From the IMG/VR virus record IMGVR_UViG_3300050014_000899: a DNA stretch of 64,000 bases. One strand, written 5' to 3'. The DNA comes from a virus. Made by a program: the position numbers and the translations under genes. Every line of letters begins with the position of its first letter. Position 1 is the stretch's first letter. The notes beneath the pieces were generated by a model. That model saw only the letters and a list, made by a program, of their open reading frames with translations, was not told the DNA's origin and ran no database searches. Shown piece by piece: positions 38,763 through 47,435 of the stretch.

Positions 38763-38848
38763 GGAGAGTAGCATTCGATGGTGGATAACAGGTCTCGAAA
38801 ACCTGGCCGGCGGTTCAAATCCCAAGGGTTCGACTCCTTTACCCTCCG
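38763..38848 (+). tRNA. tRNA-Ser(CGA)
   Basis: Loop CTCGAAA, long variable arm, G73. Confidence 0.85.
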
Positions 38849-38864
38849 CTAGAAAATAAAATAT

Positions 38865-38954
38865 GGATGGGTACCCAAATTGGTTAAGGGGGCGGTCTTG
38901 AAAACCGTTAGGTCGTGTAAACACGGCGCGTGGGTTCGAACCCCACCTCATCCG
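38865..38954 (+). tRNA. tRNA-Ser(TGA)
   Basis: Loop CTTGAAA, long variable arm. Confidence 0.93.
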
Positions 38955-38957
38955 CAA

Positions 38958-39027
38958 GGGGCGAAACCAACTTCGCAAGTTGGATCTGGATTTAGCTACC
39001 AGATAAGCATATGTGTGATGCTGTCCC
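38958..39027 (+). ncRNA. four-way cloverleaf RNA without tRNA consensus motifs
   Basis: GGGGCG/TGTCCC closing three hairpins. Confidence 0.5.
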
Positions 39028-39033
39028 GGTTAT

Positions 39034-39110
39034 GGTGGTATTAGTGTTAGTGGTAAGCACGAAAGTCTGTGGAACTTTTAGGATGGGTTCGAATCCCATA
39101 TAACACCCCA
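39034..39110 (+). tRNA. tRNA-His(GTG), encoded G-1
   Basis: Loop CTGTGGA, C73, CCA. Confidence 0.92.
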
Positions 39111-39114
39111 TTAT

Positions 39115-39194
39115 GGTAGACGTAGCTTAATTGGTTAAAGGGCCAGATTGTGGATCTGATGCGATTGAGGGTTCGAATCCCTTCGTCTACCCCA
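39115..39194 (+). tRNA. tRNA-His(GTG), second copy, encoded G-1
   Basis: Loop TTGTGGA, C73, CCA. Confidence 0.9.
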
Positions 39195-39195
39195 C

Positions 39196-39268
39196 GCCTC
39201 TATAGTATAGTTGGTAATTATAGCTGATTCGTAATCAGCAGACTGGGATTCGAATTCCCGTAGAGGCT
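39196..39268 (+). tRNA. tRNA-Thr(CGT)
   Basis: GCTGA-TTCGTAA-TCAGC. Confidence 0.9.
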
Positions 39269-39275
39269 CAATAAT

Positions 39276-39349
39276 GCACCCTTAGCTCAGCTGGTAGAGC
39301 ACTTGCTTGGTAAGCAAGAGGTTCCCGGATTCGATCTCCGGAGGGTGCT
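39276..39349 (+). tRNA. tRNA-Thr(GGT)
   Basis: CTTGC-TTGGTAA-GCAAG. Confidence 0.92.
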
Positions 39350-39430
39350 CAAAAGCATACGTGTATGCGACAATAGTGAAGAGTGGTAATACACCCCGCC
39401 GTTAACTTGAGGAGGTCAGGCACTATTTTT

Positions 39431-39515
39431 GGAGGGTTGACCGAGAGGTAAGGTATCGCTCTGGAAAGGCGAAGTCAGGGTTAAACTTGGGTGGGATCGT
39501 TACCCGCATCCTCCG
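39431..39515 (+). tRNA. tRNA-Ser(GGA)
   Basis: Loop CTGGAAA, long variable arm, G73. Confidence 0.87.
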
Positions 39516-39522
39516 CAAAAAT

Positions 39523-39595
39523 ACTGGTGTGGCGCAATGGTAAGCGCAGGACCCTTATAAGGTCAAGGTTGGGGGTTCAAGTCCCTTCACCAGTA
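39523..39595 (+). tRNA. tRNA-Ile(TAT)
   Basis: Loop CTTATAA, A73. Confidence 0.88.
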
Positions 39596-39602
39596 CAAAT
39601 TT

Positions 39603-39679
39603 CGGCCTGTATACCCTCTGTCTGATAAACAGTTGAAAGGTTAGCTGGTTGCATAGTGGTTCGACTCCACTCAGGCCGA
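39603..39679 (+). tRNA. non-canonical tRNA-Ile(GAT) with relocated D-loop
   Basis: CGGCCTG/CAGGCCG, 7-nt linker, CTGT-CTGATAA-ACAG; same architecture as 35136. Confidence 0.75.
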
Positions 39680-39685
39680 CAAAAT

Positions 39686-39758
39686 GGGCGTATCATATAG
39701 TTGGTTAGTATACGTGCCTGATAAGCACGACACGGAGGTTCGAGGCTTCCTATGCCCA
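39686..39758 (+). tRNA. tRNA-Ile(GAT)
   Basis: CGTGC-CTGATAA-GCACG. Confidence 0.9.
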
Positions 39759-39833
39759 CAAATTCTAGAGGGTTAAGAAATGGGGATAGCAATCTAGCCT
39801 GCATTTTTACGGATATATATAATAAATAATATT

Positions 39834-40580
39834 ATGTATAAGTGTAATCATTGCGATAAAGAATTTGAATTAAAACAACAAAAAACTAATCATGAAAGAT
39901 GGCATGCCAATCCTAAACACAATGAGATTAAAAAAGAATATTGTTGTTCGATATGTGGAAAAACATTTACAAATTTTGGATGGAAACAAATTCATGAAAA
40001 ATATTGTGATGGATCAGGATTAACTAAAAAAGAAAAAATTCTTAAAAACAGAGAAAATAATAAAGGCAAAACTTTTGATGAAATTTTAGTTCAAAAAGGA
40101 ACTTATGAAAAGTTTTGTCAAAATGTATCTTTTGGAATGAAAGAAGCTTTTAAAGAAGGCAAATTTACCGGATCCCCATCTACAGAAGAAGGCAAAAAAA
40201 GAAAAAATGAAAAATTAAGACAGAGTACATTAAAAAGATACAAGGAGGGGTGGGATTCAAAATGTGGAAGAGCTCCTAAATATCATTACGAAAGCAAGAT
40301 AGCAGGAAAAATAACTGTTGATGGGTCATGGGAATTAAATGTAGCCAAATATTTAGATAACAATAATTTTAGATGGATTAGAAATACAAAAAGATTTGAT
40401 TATGTTAATTTAGAAGGAAAACAATCAACATATAAACCGGATTTTTATATTTTTAATTGGAGTAGTTATTTAGAAATAAAAGGATTTGAAACAAAACTGG
40501 ATAAATGTAAATGGGAGCAATTTAAAGAACCCCTAATAATATGGAAAAGAAATGATTTAAAAGAATTAAAAATAATTTAA
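39834..40580 (+). CDS. putative homing endonuclease (C2H2 fingers plus PD-(D/E)xK)
   Basis: CNHC..HERWH, GSWE, YKPDF..LEIKG. Confidence 0.82.
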   Translation: MYKCNHCDKEFELKQQKTNHERWHANPKHNEIKKEYCCSICGKTFTNFGWKQIHEKYCDGSGLTKKEKILKNRENNKGKTFDEILVQKGTYEKFCQNVSFGMKEAFKEGKFTGSPSTEEGKKRKNEKLRQSTLKRYKEGWDSKCGRAPKYHYESKIAGKITVDGSWELNVAKYLDNNNFRWIRNTKRFDYVNLEGKQSTYKPDFYIFNWSSYLEIKGFETKLDKCKWEQFKEPLIIWKRNDLKELKII

Positions 40581-40582
40581 AA

Positions 40583-40669
40583 GGAGAGTAAACCGGAAAG
40601 GTTTGCCGGAACCGCCTGCTAAGCGTGTTGAGCGTTAATTCGCTTGGTTTTCGAATATCCTGCTCTCCG
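40583..40669 (+). tRNA. tRNA-Ser(GCT)
   Basis: Loop CTGCTAA, long variable arm, G73. Confidence 0.82.
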
Positions 40670-40675
40670 CTCATG

Positions 40676-40724
40676 AAAAAGACCCAATATAATTTTTTTA
40701 TATGGGTCTTTTTTTGTACATTTA
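40676..40724 (+). terminator. terminator ending tRNA operon 2, overlapping an early promoter
   Basis: AAAAAGACCCA..TGGGTCTTTTTTT followed by TACATTTA. Confidence 0.8.
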
Positions 40725-40744
40725 CAGAGTTAAAAAGTATATGT

Positions 40745-41128
40745 ATGAACTTTGAAAGACATCAGGATCCTTTAACCTCAATGAATATTGGGATTACTAC
40801 TTGGGATAAACTGCAGCAAGGTCAAGTCCTAAAAACTAAAAGAAGCGTAAAGCTTACCGAAATCCCTGGGGGAGCATGGAAAATAAAAGCTGATGGTAGT
40901 GTGTTGGATAATTCTATTGGTAAAGATATGTTCTGCCATCTTATTCGTGTAAACCACGTTAGGGTAAAAGACGGAAAAACAAAAATTTTACAAATTGTAT
41001 TTGCTGAATATTTATGGTTAGACAGTATAGCTAAAGATACTAAACAATTTACAGCTACAAAAACTTTAATTGGAAATATTGATCAGATCAAAAGTAGATT
41101 TGAAATTATTCAAAGAGTAAAAATATGA
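40745..41128 (+). CDS. hypothetical protein, FxR..DP..xIG family
   Basis: MNFERHQDPLTSMNIG. Confidence 0.65.
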   Translation: MNFERHQDPLTSMNIGITTWDKLQQGQVLKTKRSVKLTEIPGGAWKIKADGSVLDNSIGKDMFCHLIRVNHVRVKDGKTKILQIVFAEYLWLDSIAKDTKQFTATKTLIGNIDQIKSRFEIIQRVKI

Positions 41129-41910
41129 AAAATCATTTTGTCCGAGGGGGAAATGTCATTAAGAAATTAGGTATAGGAAGATCCATTCTTGATGAACTCA
41201 TGGAACATAAGGTTGCTAGACCTATGAATGATCCTCGTGAAAAGCTGGAGGGAGATGAAAAATACAGTCAGAATATTGCTGTTTGGATAAATCCTAGTAA
41301 TCAAACCTGTTTTAATGCTATGTGGTGTGACTATCAGAATCTGGAGGATTGGATGAACGGAAAAGGACCGATGGTTAAAGGGGATACAGATGAGGAAAAG
41401 AAAAAATATTGGGATTATGCTGTAGCTGAAGCAGAAGACACGGAACATATGATGTGGTCCATTTTATATCATTGGAAATGGTTTGACCAGTTTACAACAG
41501 ATTTTGATCCTCATAAACATGCAGCTTCTTTTGGAATAAGTAACGTTATAAAAAATCCTCTTAAGCTTAACAAGAAAGACCCCTCGGAAACTATAAAAGC
41601 TATGTATGCTCCGTATGTGGATGAAATGGCCAGAGATATGGAATATAGGGACTGGGGTAACATTAGAAGAGAAGCTGAAAAAGAATGGTATGGGATTAAA
41701 AGAACCCTTTATTGTTTAGGAATTGGTTATATGGGAGCTTGCAATACCCCAGAGGAGATTGAAAATCTTAATTGGATTGAAGGTATTGTTCTATCTAAAG
41801 CATATTATAATGGATTGATTAAATATTCCCCCCATAAATCTCTTCCTGATTTTGCATGGCTTTCCCAAAAAGAGCAAGATAAATACAAGAAAGATAAGAT
41901 GGATTTATGA
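41125..41910 (+). CDS. hypothetical protein, FxR..xIG family
   Basis: MKNHFVRGGNVIKKLGIG. Confidence 0.65.
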   Translation: MKNHFVRGGNVIKKLGIGRSILDELMEHKVARPMNDPREKLEGDEKYSQNIAVWINPSNQTCFNAMWCDYQNLEDWMNGKGPMVKGDTDEEKKKYWDYAVAEAEDTEHMMWSILYHWKWFDQFTTDFDPHKHAASFGISNVIKNPLKLNKKDPSETIKAMYAPYVDEMARDMEYRDWGNIRREAEKEWYGIKRTLYCLGIGYMGACNTPEEIENLNWIEGIVLSKAYYNGLIKYSPHKSLPDFAWLSQKEQDKYKKDKMDL

Positions 41911-42329
41911 AAAACCAACTCCTATGGAATGAATCGCTTGAAACTGGTATCGTTGAATTAGATATTCAGCATAGAAACCTTTTCAACATATTTAAGATTC
42001 TACGCGATGCTATTGAAAACAAAAAATCTTCATTAGTTATTAAATACATTATTGAAGAGGTAGAACGATACGGAGAGTATCACATAAATGCCGAAGAAGA
42101 GATTCTAAGAAAATATCAGGTATTAAGTGAATCCCATTATAGGGAACACGAAAGCTTCAAAAAAATCGTTCATGATTTTAAAGAAAGATATATCACAACC
42201 CCAGATAATATTTTAGCTGAGGAAATTTCTAAATATCTCTATAGCTGGGTAACGAATCATATCATGAAAATTGATATGGAAGACATTCGGCTTCTGAATG
42301 AAGAATTTAAAAAAGCTGGAAAGCTTTAA
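41907..42329 (+). CDS. bacteriohemerythrin
   Basis: W..SLETGIVELDIQH, HxxxEE, HxxEH, WVTNHIMKID. Confidence 0.9.
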   Translation: MKNQLLWNESLETGIVELDIQHRNLFNIFKILRDAIENKKSSLVIKYIIEEVERYGEYHINAEEEILRKYQVLSESHYREHESFKKIVHDFKERYITTPDNILAEEISKYLYSWVTNHIMKIDMEDIRLLNEEFKKAGKL

Positions 42330-42377
42330 AAAAGATCCCAAATTATTTTTTAGTTTGGGATCTTTTTTGTACATTTG
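42328..42377 (+). promoter_or_regulatory. terminator-like inverted repeat overlapping a TAnnTTTG promoter
   Basis: AAAAAAGATCCCAAA..TTTGGGATCTTTTTT-GTACATTTG. Confidence 0.75.
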
Positions 42378-45034
42378 TCCTATATAAATGACGACACATG
42401 GAAGAAATGGATCCCAGAGACGTAAAAGATAAAGATGGCAACATCGTTATGAACTGTACTGGTTACGAAGCTTATCTCAAAGAAAACGGAAAACTCAGCT
42501 TAAAAGGAATGAAAAGAGGAGACCAGATTGAGGTTAGTACTTACTGGGGGAGCAAAAGAGTCGTAGTAGATGGTTTCGAGGATAATCATATTTTCTGCGA
42601 TGATGATGGTGTTGAAATGTGTGTTGCTTTACAACAGGATTCTGGAAGACTTATGTTTGTTGATAGAACTGAAAGATAATGGCAAAAGAAACCGAATTAC
42701 ACAGAGCTATAATGAGTAGCCGAGAAATCTCCTTCGAAGAAGCAGATGATTTGATTGCTGAAATGAAAGAACGATTCAAAGAAGGGGAAGACCCGGAAGA
42801 GGTTCTTTTAAGCGAAGGATATGAACCTGATTACGTATTTGATATATTATTTGACTAATGAAAACATTTGAAGAAATCGACATTACTGCTCCTCTTTTGA
42901 AAGAGGAATTCTTCATGTTATTTGATACTCAGCTTCCATTAAATGATGCTGAAAAGAAGAAAATAAATGAAGACTATTTTCCCTTATATGCTTTATTTAT
43001 AACTGATGGCGGAGTTACGCCGGAAGTAGCATTTGAAGCAACCAAAACAGTTTTTTATAGTCAGGAAACTCAGATTAAAGAACGTCTCGATGGAAAAATT
43101 TGAAAATACAGGAAAAACAACCCATTGCGATGCATTGGGAAATCCTATTGAAATAGGCAAGGCTTATGGTTTTTCTAAAAATGTAAACGGTCTTACCCAA
43201 GTCATAATAGGGGTTGCTAAAAAACTTACTGATCATGGGGTAACTCTTACCGTAATCAGTTCTTGCAAAGCTCTTTATGATTATGATTCGGAACCTGAAG
43301 AAACAAAAGCATCTGTAACAACTCGAGGAATGATGATGTTTCCTATTCCGCCAGCGAAAACTCGTAATCCCGGGACATTTATTCATGGAAACAACAACGG
43401 GTTTGCTCATTTGGATGATTAAGATTTAACCAGAATTTAACAAAAACTTCAAAACTATCTCTAAAACTAGCATAAAAAGAGTGTCCAGAGAGAAGGTAAG
43501 AAGGTTACTTATAATAGAAAGGAAAGAAATGGCAACAAATTTCATGACGACTAAGTTCGATAAGTGGTTAAACAGAGATGTTAAAACCCACAAAAAAGGA
43601 GTAACCTTAATCCATTTATTTCACGAAGTATGGAGAACCGGAAAACTCAATGAGAAAAAAGATAAACCAGCTCACCTGGTTATCTATGATCCCCATGATA
43701 AACAATACGATGTTTATGGGCAGGAAGCTTTGGATTTAATGAGTGCCTACACTCGCGAATTTCGTGGATGCATGAGAGTCGATCCAGCCAAAGTAAAAAT
43801 CTATATCTTATCTTCAATCCTTGATAAAAAGGAAAACTGGTGCTTTAATCTTTCGGAAAAACCAGCTGTTGATGCTATGATCAAAGTTATTTATAACAAC
43901 GGAACGATCAAAGTTATCAAATCTACAGGTAACTGGGAGCCTGAAGTTATTGACAGAAAATACTCAGAGGATACTTCTATACCTCAAACAATTTACCCGG
44001 TTGCTTATAAATGCAAACAATGAAAAGCGATAAAAAATACGTCGTTTTAGAACATCTAACCCTACCAGATAGAGGTTTTAGATTTTTCACTGCCAATACG
44101 GAAGATAATACTCACGGACGTAATGGGGAACTTTGGTATAAAGAAGTTCTTTTTACCGATAGCACCAAGGAAGCTCAGGAGGCATGTCGAAGTCTTGGCG
44201 AGGTTCCATCCATGCATGAATTGGAAGAATATTATAGAAACTTATTAGAACAAGAAAATGAAAATTAAAGGTTATGTACTCGTTGGGGTTTCCAGAGGGG
44301 TTTCCAGAGATGTAAATTTTTACTTCTCTAGATCTCAGGAAAAATTTGTGGATAGTGTTATGAAATTAAATCTGTCTGATCTGGAAGAAGAACCAAGCGG
44401 GGTTGGCCCAACTGAGATGCTTAAGATAAGACAGGATTATCCGCTTATTGATAGTATCAAAGGATATGCTAAAATCAAAATTAAAATAAAGCTATGAATA
44501 GAAGAAACTTGCGTAGAATGATTCTACTTTTAGCCACTGCTGTTGCTATAATTCTAATGTTATCCAGCTGTATGTGCAAAGGGATGCCCGATGATGCAGT
44601 AACAGTCACCACGAATTTTTATGTTACCGATGTTTATGTCGGCAAATATTCTAAGGTAAAGGGATATATCATTTACAAAGATATAAAAATCCCAGCTGAT
44701 AATGGTGGTTCTGGATATTATAGTTTAACTGAAGGAAGCGTTGTTCCGGTAACAATTAGTATTGCTATAGAGAATGATGGGTATAATTCTGTTACTCTTA
44801 GAACTTCCGCTCTGGATTTAACCAAATACATTCAATAATGGAATTCAATACATGCGGCACTTGTGGTGCTAAAAATGGAAGAGCAGGTCCTCTTATAGCT
44901 ACAGAAAAAAGCAATCGGGTTTTTGAATGTATGAATTGTCATGATACCAGGGAATCTGGAGAAATTACTATTCATACGAATCTATCCAGAACTGATGCAG
45001 AAATTGAAAAAACAATGAAAATACTTGATACAAA

Positions 45035-45907
45035 ATGAAAGACGAATTAGGTGACAGAATGAAGGGTAATTACGAAGACAGAACTCGTTTCTCCCTTCCA
45101 AGAAGAACATATACAATTATCCGAGTTGACGGAAAAGCATTTCACACATTAACAAAGGGGATGTGTAAACCGTTCAGCGTAGATTTTAAACAAAACGTAT
45201 TTGCTGGTTTTATGGACAAAACAGCAAAAGCTTTATGCGAACATATTCAAGGAGCTCAGTTTGCTTTTGTTCAGTCCGATGAAATCTCAGTTTTGTTAAC
45301 TGATTTTGAAAAGACTACAACTGATGCATGGTTTGATGCCAATATTCAGAAAATGGCTTCCGTAGCTGCTTCAATTGCTACAGCTGCTTTTAACAAAGCT
45401 AGACTGATAAGAGTTTTCGAGGAATTCCCCAATACATTTGATATTGAACCTGAATTGGATTGCTATACTGTTGCAAAAATGATCGATATGGTTAAAGTTG
45501 GGGAATTTGATGCAAGAGTATTTACTATCCCGGATCCAATAGAAGTTGAAAACTACTTTATATGGAGACAAAAAGATGCCGTAAGAAACTCTGTTTCGAT
45601 GGCCGCTAAATCTCTTTATTCAACAAAAGAACTCGAAGGAGTATCTTCTCAGGGAAAACTGGATTTGATTCACGATAAAGGAGAAAATTGGAATGATCTC
45701 CCCGATGGATTTAAAAGAGGACGTTTAATATCTTACAACTATTCTTTTGATCTTGAAACTGCTCCTTTAAATACTGGATCCTTTAAAGAAGAACACCAAA
45801 TGGTTGAGGGGGTTTCCAGAGGAGCTTGGGAAGTTAATCCTGCTCCGGATTTTCTTAAGGAAAGGGATGAGTTGAGAGACCGTATTCCAAAAATAGAAGT
45901 AAATTAA
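45035..45907 (+). CDS. thg1: tRNA-His guanylyltransferase-like protein (Thg1/TLP)
   Basis: IIRVDGKAFH, QSDEIS, FDAR, YFIWRQKDA. Confidence 0.95.
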   Translation: MKDELGDRMKGNYEDRTRFSLPRRTYTIIRVDGKAFHTLTKGMCKPFSVDFKQNVFAGFMDKTAKALCEHIQGAQFAFVQSDEISVLLTDFEKTTTDAWFDANIQKMASVAASIATAAFNKARLIRVFEEFPNTFDIEPELDCYTVAKMIDMVKVGEFDARVFTIPDPIEVENYFIWRQKDAVRNSVSMAAKSLYSTKELEGVSSQGKLDLIHDKGENWNDLPDGFKRGRLISYNYSFDLETAPLNTGSFKEEHQMVEGVSRGAWEVNPAPDFLKERDELRDRIPKIEVN

Positions 45908-45943
45908 TTTTTTTACTAAGGATTTTTGTTGTACATTTGCTTT

Positions 45944-46471
45944 ATGAATAAGTATTTAATCTACGGACTTTATTGCCCATTTACCGATAACTTACATTAT
46001 GTCGGACAAAGCAGTACCGGAATGACGAGACCCAAATCTCATATGACCGGAAGAAGTTCAAAGAAAATAGGTGAATGGGTTGACCAATTAAAATTTTTAG
46101 GATATAAGCCTATAATTAAAATACTTGAAGAATGCTCAAAAGATAATCTTGATGAAAAAGAAAAATATTGGATTAAAAAATCCAAAGATGAGGGGGCATA
46201 TCTTTTAAATGTTGTGTACAACAAAACTGAGAAGATATTATTTCAAAAAGAATATGAATTTAGTGATGCGGATATTTTAACTATTGCTAAAATAATTCGA
46301 GAAACCCGCCACAAATTAGATATTCGTCAAGAGGATTTATGCGAAGCAGCAGGAATTACTCGTCCAACTTTATACATGATTGAAAAAGGAAACAATAAAA
46401 CAGTTTATAATAATTTGAAAAAGGTTTTGGGGATTTTGGGATTTGAAATTACGATTCGAAAAAAATCATAA
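45944..46471 (+). CDS. GIY-YIG-like domain fused to XRE-type HTH
   Basis: LIYGLYCP..YVGQS and RQEDLCEAAGITRPTLYMIEKG. Confidence 0.8.
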   Translation: MNKYLIYGLYCPFTDNLHYVGQSSTGMTRPKSHMTGRSSKKIGEWVDQLKFLGYKPIIKILEECSKDNLDEKEKYWIKKSKDEGAYLLNVVYNKTEKILFQKEYEFSDADILTIAKIIRETRHKLDIRQEDLCEAAGITRPTLYMIEKGNNKTVYNNLKKVLGILGFEITIRKKS

Positions 46472-46524
46472 CGTCAAATATCTTTTACAAAGGCCCCGGT
46501 AAATTCGCAAATATAATTGACATT

Positions 46525-46797
46525 ATGGAAAATACTACATTTGACAATAAACAAAAGGAACTTAGGGAACAACTCATGGCAAGACCTACCCCGGTTCACT
46601 TTACTTACAGAAAAGCTGATGGAACTATCAGAGATGCCATTGGTACCCTTCGTCCTGGATTAATTCCGGTAAGCAAAGAACCTAAGTCTCCTAATTTAAA
46701 CGACAATCCAAGTCTTAATCTGAGATATTATGATCTTCAGAAAGAGGCTTGGAGGTCTTTAACACAGGATTGTTCAATTATAAATATTTTGGACTAG
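46525..46797 (+). CDS. WYL-like/SH3 beta-barrel protein (DUF2693-like)
   Basis: FTYRKADGTIRDAIGTL..YYDLQKEAWRS. Confidence 0.8.
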   Translation: MENTTFDNKQKELREQLMARPTPVHFTYRKADGTIRDAIGTLRPGLIPVSKEPKSPNLNDNPSLNLRYYDLQKEAWRSLTQDCSIINILD

Positions 46798-46856
46798 GTT
46801 AAATGATGGAACAAAACTTTTTAGAAGATTTTGATATATAATACAAAAACAATATT

Positions 46857-47435
46857 ATGTTTTATGTATATCAATTAAGTTCTTTATCTTACGGGGTTTT
46901 TTATATTGGAAAAGGAAAAGGAAACAGAATGTACCGGCATAGTGAAATAGCTCGGGGAAATTCTATTAATAGGAAAACTAATATTCATTTGTATAACCGA
47001 ATTTTAAAAATTATTCAGTCAGATGAAAAATTGGTTTATAAAAAAATATTTACTTCTGAAAATGAGGAGGAATGTTTAAAAGTTGAAATCCAATATATTA
47101 AGGAATATGGAACTTTTCATAAAGTTAAAGGAATTAAGCGAGGCCCTTTATTAAATTTGACACTAGGTGGAGAAGGAACTTCCGGATATACATTATCCGA
47201 AGAGACAAAAGAAAAAATGTCAAAAGCAAAAAAAGGAAAAAGTTTGCCTAAATGGTCGGATGAGTCGAAAGAAAAGTTGTCAAAAACAAATATGGGGAAG
47301 AAGGGATTCTGGGAAGGAAAAAATTTATCCGAAAAAACAAAAGAGAACATGAGCAAATCTCATCTTGGAAAAAATAAAGGACCCATTTCTGAGAAACGAA
47401 GATTAGCTATTATAGAAGGAATGAAAAAATATTGA
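46857..47435 (+). CDS. GIY-YIG homing endonuclease with NUMOD3 repeats
   Basis: FYVYQL..FYIGKGKGNR, LNLTLGGEG, SEETKEKMS repeats. Confidence 0.9.
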   Translation: MFYVYQLSSLSYGVFYIGKGKGNRMYRHSEIARGNSINRKTNIHLYNRILKIIQSDEKLVYKKIFTSENEEECLKVEIQYIKEYGTFHKVKGIKRGPLLNLTLGGEGTSGYTLSEETKEKMSKAKKGKSLPKWSDESKEKLSKTNMGKKGFWEGKNLSEKTKENMSKSHLGKNKGPISEKRRLAIIEGMKKY

